A DNA stretch of 64,000 nt, from the NCBI GenBank assembly GCA_965140445.1, contig OZ223236.1:2464001-2528000 (forward strand). Direction: 5' to 3'. The position numbers were made by a program, and so were the translations under genes. Shown here in pieces: positions 48,035-58,694 of this stretch (the first letter of the stretch is position 1; each line of letters begins with the position of its first letter). This stretch comes from Candidatus Ozemobacteraceae bacterium (GTDB lineage: Bacteria; Muiribacteriota; Ozemobacteria; Ozemobacterales; Ozemobacteraceae). Below the pieces are notes generated by a model. It ran no database searches. It saw only the letters and a list, made by a program, of their open reading frames with translations, and was not told where the DNA came from.

Positions 48035-48821
48035 GGTGCAAAATTACCTTTGGGTTAGATCTGCTAAGAGTGAAGTTGATATTTCCTGAGTGAATGGGTA
48101 AAGGGTTGCCTTCAAGTAAGGTCAATTGGGTCTGTTCTCTGGTTTTATTTATCATCAAATTTTGTTCGTTTAAAACAATTTTATAATTATCAAGAGTTAC
48201 TCCGAAATCCATCCCGGTAACTTTAATGTTCAATTTTCCAGATTTCAGCTCTATTTTATTGTCTCCAAAATGAATCAGGGCATCCTCTGGAAAAATCTGA
48301 ACTTTTCCATCTTCAAAAATAATCTGGGCTTGCAAATTCTTCGAAAAATTACCTTCATCATTTGAGAAAACGTGAAATCTTTGAGGTTTGAAAGCATTAT
48401 TATCGTTTTTCAAAATTACCTGATATGGAGAAGTATTTGAAATATAGGATTTCGAAAAATTACCTGGGTTATATATAAAAGAAATAAATATAGCAACAAT
48501 AGAAATTAGAAAAAGTGAAGCGAGCCCATATATCAAAGCCGTTCTTTTGGGGGAGGACTTAAGGAGAAAATCATATCGAGCAGAGAAAATCTTACTGTCC
48601 CGTTCTTCTTTAACAAGCTTTTTTAATCTGATTTTTAGTTCATCGCACAAATCATATTCAAGTGAGCACTTTTGCAATTCCAGAAAAGCTTGATCTGCAG
48701 CGATTCTATTTTTATAAAATTTATTACACTTCTGACAATTTGTGAGATGAGTCTGAACTATGGATGATAATTCAGAGTTTCTTGATTGGATTAAAATTGT
48801 TTCAATATTTTCACAGTTCAT
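48024..48821 (-). CDS. ZAS (zf-HC2) membrane anti-sigma factor, FecR-like C-terminus
   Basis: MNC…HLTNCQKC; TM; β-rich C-terminus (LKSGKL, LTLLEG). Confidence 0.7.
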   Translation of the reverse strand: MNCENIETILIQSRNSELSSIVQTHLTNCQKCNKFYKNRIAADQAFLELQKCSLEYDLCDELKIRLKKLVKEERDSKIFSARYDFLLKSSPKRTALIYGLASLFLISIVAIFISFIYNPGNFSKSYISNTSPYQVILKNDNNAFKPQRFHVFSNDEGNFSKNLQAQIIFEDGKVQIFPEDALIHFGDNKIELKSGKLNIKVTGMDFGVTLDNYKIVLNEQNLMINKTREQTQLTLLEGNPLPIHSGNINFTLSRSNPKVILHHEH

Positions 48822-48904
48822 AAATGGAAAATTAGTATAACTACTTATGTAAAAAAATCATAATAGTAAAAAATACCTGCAATCTTTCCGAAGAAGCAAA
48901 TATT

Positions 48905-49453
48905 ATGAAAAACTTAATTTCAAAAATGATTGCAGGTTTGGCGGCCATTACTTTGTTTGTCCTGGCACTACCTCTTTCTTATGGCGGAGACCCGGGAATC
49001 ACCGGCCAGTTGGTTAAAAATCCGGAAAGATACTATCACAGGCTTAAAGCAATGAGAAATGCAACACCGGATGACCCTGAGATAAGTTACCAGATTGCAA
49101 ATGTTTACTACAGCCTCAAAATGGAAGATGAAGCAATAAAGGAATATCGTAGGGTTCTGAAAATTGATAAAAACCATTACAACTCAAAGTGGTTTTTGAG
49201 CAAAGTTCTTGAGAGTAAGGGATATCTGGAAGAATCTTTCTGGCTTGTTAGAGAATGTATTGAAGCTAGAAAAAATGATTCTGACCTTTACTTAAGAGCT
49301 GCAGATTTACTTGTAAAAATGGATCAGCAAGATGTAGCCAAGGAATACTATGCCAAGGTGGACGAGCTAAAATATGGTGAGAAAGACGGTAAGAAGCCAA
49401 TGCATGCCGTTACTCAGCCTACCCGAGGTAGTTGGAAAAAATACTTCTATTAG
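48905..49453 (+). CDS. Exported TPR protein
   Basis: Signal peptide; TPR-like helices (YQIANVYY…AIKEYRRVLKIDKN). Confidence 0.7.
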   Translation: MKNLISKMIAGLAAITLFVLALPLSYGGDPGITGQLVKNPERYYHRLKAMRNATPDDPEISYQIANVYYSLKMEDEAIKEYRRVLKIDKNHYNSKWFLSKVLESKGYLEESFWLVRECIEARKNDSDLYLRAADLLVKMDQQDVAKEYYAKVDELKYGEKDGKKPMHAVTQPTRGSWKKYFY

Positions 49454-50082
49454 GATTGCCTTAAATTTTCCAGTTTCTTTTTTACAAAATCATCCACTTC
49501 CGGATCGCTATAAGTGTTGCTGGAAGAGAGCGCGATTTCCGCTTTTAATTGGCCTTTTGAAAAGGTTTCTAATCTTTTTTGCTCAATTGCCGCCTTATCT
49601 ATTGCTTGAAGATAGCTTGAGTCAGAACTGAACTCAGAAATAATGGTAGCAATTTTTTCCCGATCCATGGATCTGCTTTTTTCTTTTTTAAGATTTTGAA
49701 GCATTTTGCTTAATTCATCAATTTTATTTTCTATTTCAAGAAATGCATTTTTTAAGGATGCTTTTTCTTTATCTAGTTCAGAAACATTTTCATGCAGCTT
49801 TTCAACGATATCAACAGTTTGTTTCAACCGTTTCAAGGCGATAACCGCACTTTCTTCGTCGTTTTTATTTAAAAAGTCTTTAGCCTTGATTTCCAATTCT
49901 TTTTCTCTTGCGGTTTTATCCTCTAACTCAGAAAGAGAATTACGAACCTGTCTAACGTTTTCGGAAAGTTGAAACTGGATTTTTTCCTTTTTACTTTCAA
50001 GATCTTCAATCAACTCTTTCAATAGATCAAGCTCGTCTTTAGCTCCAAAAAGCTTATTCTTTAGTTTGGAAATAAAATTCAC
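49450..50082 (-). CDS. PspA/IM30-like coiled-coil protein
   Basis: N-terminal amphipathic FISKLKNKLF; long coiled coil; AKDFL…DEESA..AL. Confidence 0.55.
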   Translation of the reverse strand: MNFISKLKNKLFGAKDELDLLKELIEDLESKKEKIQFQLSENVRQVRNSLSELEDKTAREKELEIKAKDFLNKNDEESAVIALKRLKQTVDIVEKLHENVSELDKEKASLKNAFLEIENKIDELSKMLQNLKKEKSRSMDREKIATIISEFSSDSSYLQAIDKAAIEQKRLETFSKGQLKAEIALSSSNTYSDPEVDDFVKKKLENLRQS

Positions 50083-50642
50083 AATTTCACCCCAATTTCT
50101 TTGTATCTATCGCGGACTTTTTGAATCCAATCTTCACCAAAAATATATCCCAGTATTTCTTCATATGCTATTAAAACAGGCGGAGCGTCAGGAACTGATC
50201 GGCAAAAATCATTTGGTTGAAAATTAATAATCCAGCCAGTTTCAGTTTTACGCAAAATAATTGGAAACAGATGGCACCAGAGTGGCTTAATTTCATGAAC
50301 AGGTATTGATTCTTCAAGGCCATAGCTATGGATTGAGCAAAGGACAACTCCATTTTTGTCCCTAAAAGCGAGAGGGCAGGGACTATTTTTTCCTATTTCC
50401 CTAATATGATGACTGCCGTGAAAAACCTCAGCAATTCCTGTGGCCAAAAAATTGACTGATTTTTTCGAAAGCTTTGGAGCAAGTTTAGGTAAAAGCTCTT
50501 TTACAGTTTCTATTTCATCTTCACTAATCGGGGCACCTAAATCACCAACTTCACAACAAAGTCCCTTACAAGCTGAGAGATCGCAGTTGAAACGCGCTGT
50601 CCATGCCTCATCGGAAATTAAAACGTTATCTATTTGTTGCAT
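50079..50642 (-). CDS. DUF3109 family Cys-rich protein
   Basis: FNCDLSACKGLCCEVGDLGAP, CSIH, KPLWCHLFPI. Confidence 0.8.
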   Translation of the reverse strand: MQQIDNVLISDEAWTARFNCDLSACKGLCCEVGDLGAPISEDEIETVKELLPKLAPKLSKKSVNFLATGIAEVFHGSHHIREIGKNSPCPLAFRDKNGVVLCSIHSYGLEESIPVHEIKPLWCHLFPIILRKTETGWIINFQPNDFCRSVPDAPPVLIAYEEILGYIFGEDWIQKVRDRYKEIGVKL

Positions 50643-50747
50643 TTTAAAATTTACCTGAAATTGTTATTTGCTTTATCGTAGCAGAAAAAAGTAAAATCTG
50701 TGAATACAAAGTTAATTGTTCGGCTTGAAAGACCGATATAAAGGCTG

Positions 50748-52706
50748 ATGACTAAAATTGATTTAATACTAATTGTTTGCTTGGCTCTGCTATTGATAGT
50801 AGTTGTGCTAAGAGTCTGGATTGGTAGACGGAAGCAGGCCAAAGAGGCACAGGTTCCATCTGAAAATCCAGATAATTCTGCTACTCCGAATGACGAGATT
50901 CATGCTGAAATCAACACTAATCCTGTAGAATCAAATCAGGTCGTTAATAAAGAACAACCTATTGATGATTCAATAAATAATGATTTTTCCGATTTGCCGG
51001 GAGATCTTCCTAACGTTGAGTCTGAAGAAAATGTTGAGGAAGAAGAATCTTTAGAAACTTTTACTTTGCCTTCAGAAGGTGAAGTTGAAGATCCAATTAT
51101 CTTGATTAAAACCTTTTCAGCATCAACTGAAAAAAGACTGTTCGCAATAAAGAAGGCTGCTGAAGATAAACTAGTCGAAGCTGTGCCTGCACTAATTGAA
51201 GCTCTTTATGAGCCTGATCCTGCCATCTCTTCTGCTGCTGCAGATAGCCTTGGAGTTATAGGCGATGAGCGGGCGATTGAGCCGCTTTTGGAAATTTCCA
51301 GAAGAAATGATGCACAAATAATAAAACAAATTAATGATAGAGAGAAGCGCTCTGAAGATACTTCCCAGGAAGTAGAGGAAACTCCGGGCGAGCAAGTCAA
51401 TGAAAACCCATACAATTTCAAGGAACTTACTGTTTTCAAAATCGATCAGCTTCCACAGGAGTATTTTCAAGCCGACGGGTCACCAATCCCAAGGAAAGAC
51501 CTTGTTGTAAAAGGGCTTCGGGATAATAATCAACAGTTAAGACAAATGGCTGCAAAGGCAGCAATTGGTATAGATAGTGAAGAAGTAATTGAACCTCTAA
51601 TTGAAGTGTTAGCTAATCCTTTTGAAGTGGAATCGGTAAGGTTTATGGCGGCTGAAGCACTCGGAGGAATGAATGACGAAAAATCTATTGAGCCATTACT
51701 CAATTCCTTGGGAGACGAGAACGTTGCGGTTAGATATTCTGCAGCAGCTGCGCTAAGTGGTAGAAAAGATGAGCGTGTCGTTATGGCATTAATTGGGGCT
51801 ATTTATGATCCCGATAAATATGTTAGATCCTCTGTTGCATTTGCATTAGGAACTACAGAAGATCCTAGAGCAATGGCCGCCCTTTTTGATTGCATTACAG
51901 ATGAAAGCGACGTTGTCAGGTTCTCCGCAGCAAAAGCTTTGGGCAGTTTTTCACCAGAAAAGGTTATTGCAGAAGTAAAGAATCGTTATGAGCTCGCAAA
52001 CCTGAAAACAAGGTTAGCTTTAACTGATGTAGTTGGTCATTTAAAATGCAAAGAAGCTACTGACATGTTAAAAGTGGCTTTGAAAGATGAGAATTCGGAA
52101 ATCAGTTACAGAGCATCTATGGCGCTTATGGGCCAAGAAAGTGTTGATGTAATTGATGACCTTATTGAAGCTTCAAAACGGTTAGATAATGAACTTATGA
52201 GCCTTATGGTTGATGGAGTTGACGTTGAGTCTTTCCAGAGTGGCCAAAAAGAAGTTCAGGAAACTGGGAAAGCAGAAGTGACAGGTGCTGTAAAATCTGC
52301 TGTTTCGAAAATCAATCCAGACAATTTGCCAGAAAGCCTGAAGAATCTTTTTCAAAATCTTCAAGATGGAAGTCATAACATTAGAATTAGTGCTGTAAAT
52401 GCTCTTGGAGACTTTTCTTCGGTTGAGGCTGTTGATTTGTTGGTTTCTGCCAAAGAAGATGAAAATGAGTTTGTTAGAGCAGCTGTTGTTGCTTCTCTTG
52501 GGAAGATTCAACAACCAGTTTGTATTGAAATTCTAGGGCAATTTTTAAATGACCCGTCTGAAGAAGTTAGATATTCCCTTGTCAGATCATTGGAAGAAAT
52601 TAACAGCGATATGGCAACCATGTTTCTTGAGCAAATAGCAGCTGAAGATGGTTCAAAAAGTCTCAGAAGGACGGCAAGGGTCGCTTTGGAAAAGAAAAAA
52701 GGTTGA
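50748..52706 (+). CDS. Membrane-anchored HEAT (PBS lyase-type) repeat protein
   Basis: N-terminal TM, acidic linker, many VR..AA.ALG repeats. Confidence 0.85.
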   Translation: MTKIDLILIVCLALLLIVVVLRVWIGRRKQAKEAQVPSENPDNSATPNDEIHAEINTNPVESNQVVNKEQPIDDSINNDFSDLPGDLPNVESEENVEEEESLETFTLPSEGEVEDPIILIKTFSASTEKRLFAIKKAAEDKLVEAVPALIEALYEPDPAISSAAADSLGVIGDERAIEPLLEISRRNDAQIIKQINDREKRSEDTSQEVEETPGEQVNENPYNFKELTVFKIDQLPQEYFQADGSPIPRKDLVVKGLRDNNQQLRQMAAKAAIGIDSEEVIEPLIEVLANPFEVESVRFMAAEALGGMNDEKSIEPLLNSLGDENVAVRYSAAAALSGRKDERVVMALIGAIYDPDKYVRSSVAFALGTTEDPRAMAALFDCITDESDVVRFSAAKALGSFSPEKVIAEVKNRYELANLKTRLALTDVVGHLKCKEATDMLKVALKDENSEISYRASMALMGQESVDVIDDLIEASKRLDNELMSLMVDGVDVESFQSGQKEVQETGKAEVTGAVKSAVSKINPDNLPESLKNLFQNLQDGSHNIRISAVNALGDFSSVEAVDLLVSAKEDENEFVRAAVVASLGKIQQPVCIEILGQFLNDPSEEVRYSLVRSLEEINSDMATMFLEQIAAEDGSKSLRRTARVALEKKKG

Positions 52707-52771
52707 GTCTGTTTAATTCTGGTTGGCTTTTTATGTATAATCTAAAGTATGATTGCTGACTGGAGCTTGCT

Positions 52772-53521
52772 GTGAAAAAAAACTTCTTATTCCTATTTTT
52801 TGTTTTCTGGCTTTCTTTTCCAGCCTTTTCATGCGATACAAGCTTAATTTCACTTTTAATTGGTGAATCCCCTGATTCAGAGTTTTTTCAGGAATTAAAG
52901 AGGATTTCTGTAACCAATATGAACTTTGGAACAAATGCATTAAATAGTAGGGTTCCTGAGAAAGATATGGATATTTTGATGGAAGCCTGGCTTGAGTTTG
53001 AACAAAAATACCGTTATTCACCCCCAGAATGGGCAAAAAAAGATAAAGAATGGCATACTAAGTTTTCATCTGTTGCAAAAATGATCGGGGAATTGCGTAA
53101 AGGAATCAAGAACAACGATTTTAACGCGCTTCACCAGAAAAGCTTATTGCTTTCTCGCCGCTTGAATATCTTTTTATCTGGCTATAAAGAAGTTGGGTAC
53201 AAAAAACACTTAATAATTATGCCTTTGATTTTCGAGGATTTAATAAGTGCATTTGAGCAAAAAGATAGGGGAAAGCTAATCTTAGCTTCAGACAAACTTT
53301 TGAAAACTGCTGATAATATTGTGGCCAATGTTGCTACAGATACAAAGGGGATTTTTGATCAATTCCACAGATATGCTGTTTCAATTCAAAAGGTAGCTAA
53401 CGCAAAGTTTGAGGAAAAAGAATTGTTTTCATGGAAGTTTAAAATGCTTCTAGATTCGCTTGAGAGCGAGTATTCTATGATGAATAGAAAGCTTTTACGA
53501 CACGAGAATAGTAGAAAATAG
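52772..53521 (+). CDS. Exported hypothetical α-helical protein
   Basis: GTG start, signal peptide (PAFS|CD). Confidence 0.6.
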   Translation: MKKNFLFLFFVFWLSFPAFSCDTSLISLLIGESPDSEFFQELKRISVTNMNFGTNALNSRVPEKDMDILMEAWLEFEQKYRYSPPEWAKKDKEWHTKFSSVAKMIGELRKGIKNNDFNALHQKSLLLSRRLNIFLSGYKEVGYKKHLIIMPLIFEDLISAFEQKDRGKLILASDKLLKTADNIVANVATDTKGIFDQFHRYAVSIQKVANAKFEEKELFSWKFKMLLDSLESEYSMMNRKLLRHENSRK

Positions 53522-53539
53522 TAGTAGAGGAACATAAAT

Positions 53540-54142
53540 ATGAATATGAATATCGAATCTTTCAAAGAATTAGTTGAAAAAGTTTATGCCTACCATACTA
53601 AAAGAGCACCAGGAATTCCTATTGGTTGTGCAATGGTGTTGCTTGCCCAGGAAAAACTTGGGCCAATAAAAAAAATTGGCGCAATTTCAGAGACTCAGGT
53701 TTGCTTATCAGACGCAATCCAGTTCATAACTGGTTGCACAATAGGCAACAAATATCTAAAGCTTAAAGATAAGATAGGGCGATATGCTTTAACCCTTTAT
53801 AGTAGAAAAGATGGGCATGGGATTCGTGTATTTGTTGATCAAAATAAAATTGATCAGGAAAAAATGCCTGAAATATGGAAATTTTTCCAAAGAAAAAGAG
53901 GGCCTGAAGTTAGAGATAATCAGGAGTTAAGAAAAGCATCTGCCGCTAAAATTGTCGAAGAATTTTATGAAGGAAAAATGGATATTTTTGGCTTTGAAGA
54001 GGTAAAGGTTAAAGATTTTGAAAAAGATCCTGTGGCTCCAGCAGTATGCTGCAGTAAATGCGGAGAAACTTTTTTGTGCCAACTTGAGCAGGAGCCAATT
54101 TGTCGAGTTTGTTCTGGCGTGGAAGCATACTACAGCAAATAA
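53540..54142 (+). CDS. FmdE-family protein with C-terminal zinc finger
   Basis: YH…APG…G, ET..CLSDAIQ..TGCTIGN, CSKCGE…CRVC. Confidence 0.85.
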   Translation: MNMNIESFKELVEKVYAYHTKRAPGIPIGCAMVLLAQEKLGPIKKIGAISETQVCLSDAIQFITGCTIGNKYLKLKDKIGRYALTLYSRKDGHGIRVFVDQNKIDQEKMPEIWKFFQRKRGPEVRDNQELRKASAAKIVEEFYEGKMDIFGFEEVKVKDFEKDPVAPAVCCSKCGETFLCQLEQEPICRVCSGVEAYYSK

Positions 54143-54148
54143 AATCAG

Positions 54149-54194
54149 AAAAAAAAGTGTCTATTTCATTATTTTGAAATAGACACTTTTTTTT
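54149..54194. terminator. Bidirectional intrinsic terminator
   Basis: AAAAAAAAGTGTCTATTTCA…TGAAATAGACACTTTTTTTT. Confidence 0.85.
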
Positions 54195-54197
54195 GTT

Positions 54198-55997
54198 TTA
54201 ATCTTCTGGTCGAAGAACTGCCATGAAAGCAGTTTGAGGTATCTCAACCCTGCCAACCATTTTCATGCGCTTCTTTCCTTCTTTTTGTTTTTCAAGTAGT
54301 TTGCGTTTTCTTGAAATGTCGCCGCCATAACATTTGGCGGTAACGTCTTTTCTGTAGGCAGGAATATTTTCCCTGGCAATAATTTTTGCACCAATTGCGG
54401 CCTGCAGTGGTATTTGAAACATATGTCTGGGGATTAACTTTCTTAATTTGGCAATAACAGCACGGCCACGAAATTCGGCTCTTTCACGGTGGCATAAGAA
54501 AGAAAGGGCGTCAACTTGCTCTCCATTGACGAGAATGTCTACTCTGGAGATATCCGCAGCAACATTTCCAATATGATCATAGTCCAAAGATGCATAGCCA
54601 CGAGTTCTACTTTTTAGTTTGTCATAGAAATCCACAACGATTTCAGATAAAGGCAAATCAAAAGCAAGAGAAACTCTATGTTCAGAAATGAATTCCATAT
54701 TGCGCATAATTCCACGGCGATCTTGGGCTAACTCCATTATTGTTCCTATAAATTCTTTTGGGACAAACATTGTCGCATGAACAAATGGTTCACGAATTTC
54801 TTGTAATTCTGTGTAAGGAGGGAGCTTTGCAGGAGAATCAATTTCAAAGGATTCGCCATTCTTCTTTACGACTTCATAGACAACGTTTGGAGCTGTAGTT
54901 ACAAGGTCTAAATTGTATTCCCTTTCGAGGCGCTCCTGAATGATTTCCATGTGCAAAAGACCAAGAAATCCACATCTGAAGCCGAAGCCCAGCGCAACTG
55001 AGTTTTCAGGGATGTAAGAAAGGCTTGAATCGTTAAGGGTCAGTTTGTCTAGAGCATTTCGAAGTTCGTTGAATTCGTTGGCTTCTACTGGGTAGAGGCC
55101 ACAAAAGACCATTTGCTTGGCCTCTTTAAATCCTGGGATGGCATCGACTGTGGTTTTAGTGTCATGTTGAATGGTATCACCAATTGAAACATGGCCCATT
55201 TCTTTGATGGCGGCACAAAAGAATCCAACCCCACCAGTTGGAATTCCTTCGGTGTTTATTGGTTTTGGCGTGAAAACTCCCGTTTCCAGGATTTCAAATG
55301 TTGATCCCGAAGAACAAAATTTAATTTTATCGCCAACCTTTAATTCACCATCAACAACCCTGCAATAAACTATTACGCCTTTGTAGGAATCATACGATGC
55401 GTCAAAGACTAATGCTCTGAAGGGATGGTCTTCATGTCCTATCGGAGGAGGCACTTTATCTACAATAACTTCGAGAAGTTCTGGAACTCCAATTCCCTCT
55501 TTTGCAGAAACCAGGATTGCGTTTGAGCAATCAATTCCAATCAGAGCTTCAATCTCTTCTTTTACTTTGTCTGGATCAGCTGCCGGCAGATCAATTTTAT
55601 TGATTACCGGGATTATTTCCAGATCCTGTGCTAAAGCGAGAGTTGCATTTGCCATGGTTTGTGCTTCGACACCCTGACTTGCATCAACAACCAATAAAGC
55701 GCCTTCACAAGCGGCGATTGAACGGGAAACTTCGTAAGAAAAATCCACGTGACCTGGAGTATCGATAAGGTTTAACGTGTATATCTCACCGTTTTTTGCC
55801 GGGTAAAACATTTTTACAGCTTGCGCTTTTATAGTTATGCCGCGCTCCCTCTCAAGGTCCATAGAGTCCAGGAGCTGGCTTTTCATTTCTCGCTTACTTA
55901 CTGTTGAGGTTGTCTCAATAAGTCTGTCCGCAAGCGTTGACTTACCATGGTCGATGTGAGCAATAATACAAAAGTTTCGAATATTTTTCTGTGACAA
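54198..55997 (-). CDS. lepA: Elongation factor 4 LepA
   Basis: [58 protein letters not shown]. Confidence 0.98.
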   Translation of the reverse strand: MSQKNIRNFCIIAHIDHGKSTLADRLIETTSTVSKREMKSQLLDSMDLERERGITIKAQAVKMFYPAKNGEIYTLNLIDTPGHVDFSYEVSRSIAACEGALLVVDASQGVEAQTMANATLALAQDLEIIPVINKIDLPAADPDKVKEEIEALIGIDCSNAILVSAKEGIGVPELLEVIVDKVPPPIGHEDHPFRALVFDASYDSYKGVIVYCRVVDGELKVGDKIKFCSSGSTFEILETGVFTPKPINTEGIPTGGVGFFCAAIKEMGHVSIGDTIQHDTKTTVDAIPGFKEAKQMVFCGLYPVEANEFNELRNALDKLTLNDSSLSYIPENSVALGFGFRCGFLGLLHMEIIQERLEREYNLDLVTTAPNVVYEVVKKNGESFEIDSPAKLPPYTELQEIREPFVHATMFVPKEFIGTIMELAQDRRGIMRNMEFISEHRVSLAFDLPLSEIVVDFYDKLKSRTRGYASLDYDHIGNVAADISRVDILVNGEQVDALSFLCHRERAEFRGRAVIAKLRKLIPRHMFQIPLQAAIGAKIIARENIPAYRKDVTAKCYGGDISRKRKLLEKQKEGKKRMKMVGRVEIPQTAFMAVLRPED

Positions 55998-56006
55998 AAT
56001 GTTTAC

Positions 56007-57398
56007 CTACGATTTATTCAGTATAAATCTGGAAATTACTACTTTGAGTATCCAGAGAAGAATCAGACCAACGATGATAGCTATGATGCCAAAAACTACG
56101 TTAGCAATCAAGCCCTGATTTGAAGCCCAAAAAATTCCATCAAGTTTTTGAGGAATAATTGGATCGTCCGGGCGATAACGTAAGACTCTGCGAAAGTATT
56201 CTTCTGCTTTCGCAAACTCACCTTCAGAAAAGGCTTTATCGCCAAAATAGTAGAGGGCATTAACCATGAGCTCACGCGCCTCAATGTTGTTTGGGGTAAG
56301 ATATAGCACTCTCTCTATTTTGGGAAGGGCTTCTGCCCATTTATCTTTTAGGGCGAGCTCTTTAACTTCACGGAGAATGACAGTTGCCTGACCAGGCTTA
56401 AAAAAATGAATTCTATTATTTCCCTGATCACAAATTACCAGAATAGCTTCATCGTTAAGAGCAACCCCACGTGGGTCAATAAGTTTTCCGGGGCCGGAAC
56501 CGCGTTTTACATTGTAATTAAAAACATATTTGCCCGTAGAAGAAATCTCAACCAGGCGATGGTTTTTTGTGTCTGTGATAAGAAGATTCCCGTCTGGGCC
56601 ATCTGTGATATAAGACGGGTTATGCAAATTTCCACGGTCTTTACCTTTAATTCCATATCTCCAAAGAATTTGCCCCTCAAGTGGTTGCCAGCATACAACC
56701 TGATTATAAAGAGGATATGAGACAACCAGATTTCCATCTGGCATCCAATGAACACCTCTGGGAGCTATAGATCGCAAGCCGTGTTTTGGGGTTTCTTCCT
56801 GATAAATTATTTCTTTCAAGGTCTTTCCCTCATTGCTAAAGACCTGAACGCGCTTGGTTCGCCATTCTGCAACTGCAATCCGTCCTTGTGAATCCACATC
56901 AACATCCATTGGAGATTGCAACTCTCCTTGCGCTTTGCCCCATTTACCAATTTTCCTTACCAGTGTTCCTGAAGCAAAATCAATAACCGCAATTTGATGG
57001 GAGTCCATGCAAGAAACATACAGAAATTTGTTTTCATTATCTAAAGCTAATCCTGTTGGCTTCTTTAACAAAAGTCTTAATTCTTCAAATTTTGCTAAAT
57101 CTCCGCTAACTGCGCCAGTGACGGGGTCTTTGGATGGCGCGGAAGGAATGTAGCGTATAAAATCTCCTTCTTTTGATAGAATCTGAATTCGATTATTCTT
57201 TTGATCAGCAACGACAATTCTTCCATCTTTTGTTAATACAAGATCTTCTGGATTGATGAATTCGACTTGCCCCTTGCCCTCAAAGCCTCTAATTGCATAT
57301 TCTGAAAACTCTAATGCATGGGCCATGGAAGCAAAGGAAACTAGCAGGATGGCTAGAACTAAAACTGGGTTTTTCTTAAAACTGGAAAAACAAATCAA
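56007..57398 (-). CDS. NHL-repeat + TPR protein with C-terminal TM anchor
   Basis: Signal peptide; multiple NHL repeats (P.D/G…D..N.RI); TPR; C-terminal TM. Confidence 0.8.
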   Translation of the reverse strand: MICFSSFKKNPVLVLAILLVSFASMAHALEFSEYAIRGFEGKGQVEFINPEDLVLTKDGRIVVADQKNNRIQILSKEGDFIRYIPSAPSKDPVTGAVSGDLAKFEELRLLLKKPTGLALDNENKFLYVSCMDSHQIAVIDFASGTLVRKIGKWGKAQGELQSPMDVDVDSQGRIAVAEWRTKRVQVFSNEGKTLKEIIYQEETPKHGLRSIAPRGVHWMPDGNLVVSYPLYNQVVCWQPLEGQILWRYGIKGKDRGNLHNPSYITDGPDGNLLITDTKNHRLVEISSTGKYVFNYNVKRGSGPGKLIDPRGVALNDEAILVICDQGNNRIHFFKPGQATVILREVKELALKDKWAEALPKIERVLYLTPNNIEARELMVNALYYFGDKAFSEGEFAKAEEYFRRVLRYRPDDPIIPQKLDGIFWASNQGLIANVVFGIIAIIVGLILLWILKVVISRFILNKS

Positions 57399-58672
57399 TT
57401 ATTTATCTCCTCGATTCTATTGAAGGTAAGGTATCTATCCTTACTTAAGCGTTCTTCTTTTACGGTTCCACCGCTTTTAAAGATTCTATAAGCTTCAACT
57501 GTATAACCAGTAACTCCTGGGTGGACAATTTTTTTTGTTCCCTTTTTTAGCTTTCTGTTAAGCTTCGTCTGAAGCTTAAATGGATGTTTTACTTCGTTTC
57601 TTGTTTCCAGAATCACTTCTTCAAAAGGCTTTTGTTCAGCATAAAGTGATACTTCTACGGTTCCCTCACCAGACTTGGCACTCACCAGGATAGGAAAATC
57701 AAGATTGTTAGTGAACTTCAAATCTTTGTATCCCCACGCAATTGCGCTGTCCAAACCTCGTTGGGCGTATTCTATACCATCATAAATTGAATGGTTGTGT
57801 CTTTCATTAATTTTTAATCCTGATTGAAGCACTGCACGATACAGAGTGGTGCTTACCTGGCAAACTCCACCACCCATTCCGGGGATTACTTTGCCTCGAG
57901 AGATTACTCCAGCTTTTTTAAAACCATTTTTTGCAATTCTTGGTCCAACGACCTTGTCAAAGCTGAACTTGCCCTTTGGGGGTAAAATTAGCCCATCAAT
58001 TTTTTGAGCTGCTATGGCAAGATTTACATTTCTGTTTTCGTCATCTTTGTGACCGTCGTGAGAAGTTTTAAAAGTTGAAATAAGTGTTGTGAAGCCCATT
58101 TGTTTTCTTTTTCCTTCAAAGCCATCCGGTCCGGAATAGGTTTTTAACTCTATTGGAACCGTTAGAGTTGCTGCATCTGACATGTTTTTAATTGCCTCTT
58201 CGAGAGCCTGAAGAGTTTTTTCCTTATCAATTCCAATTCCTTGTTCTCCTCTTACGAGTCTCTGGAGCTTGTTGCCAATGTCTTCCAGTTTTGCAGGTTT
58301 TGGTTCAATTGCTTCTTCTGGTGGGGGAAGGTTGTCCACGAGAGTTTTAGCTAAATCGCCATTTGCCGTGATCTCGATAGGTTGATCTCCCTTGTAAGTT
58401 ACTTTATACAGCGGGACTTCATTGTATGGATAAAGCTTGTTTGTTCCAGAAAAAATTACTCCTACCGACTTGCTGGCTGTAACAATTTTGGGTTCAGACT
58501 TAAAAAAATCTCCCAAAACAGAATTAGATTTTTCTGTAACTTTTTTGCCGTTGCTAACGGAAGGGGTTGTGGGGGAAGAACCTTTTTGAAAATATGTAAC
58601 TCCAATAAATATACCTGTCAGGAAAAGTGCAAGGCTGGCTACCAAAGCTCCATATTTCATCCAATTTTTCAT
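57395..58672 (-). CDS. VanW-family protein with C-terminal G5-like domain
   Basis: RNVNL, FSFDKVVGPR, GGGVCQVSTTLY, ERHNHS, DLKF. Confidence 0.85.
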   Translation of the reverse strand: MKNWMKYGALVASLALFLTGIFIGVTYFQKGSSPTTPSVSNGKKVTEKSNSVLGDFFKSEPKIVTASKSVGVIFSGTNKLYPYNEVPLYKVTYKGDQPIEITANGDLAKTLVDNLPPPEEAIEPKPAKLEDIGNKLQRLVRGEQGIGIDKEKTLQALEEAIKNMSDAATLTVPIELKTYSGPDGFEGKRKQMGFTTLISTFKTSHDGHKDDENRNVNLAIAAQKIDGLILPPKGKFSFDKVVGPRIAKNGFKKAGVISRGKVIPGMGGGVCQVSTTLYRAVLQSGLKINERHNHSIYDGIEYAQRGLDSAIAWGYKDLKFTNNLDFPILVSAKSGEGTVEVSLYAEQKPFEEVILETRNEVKHPFKLQTKLNRKLKKGTKKIVHPGVTGYTVEAYRIFKSGGTVKEERLSKDRYLTFNRIEEINN

Positions 58673-58694
58673 TCTTTGTCGCGCTCCTGAAATC

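Noticed and set aside
57395..58672. Vancomycin resistance locus
   Set aside because: VanW domain only, inside a housekeeping operon; no vanHAX or vanRS.
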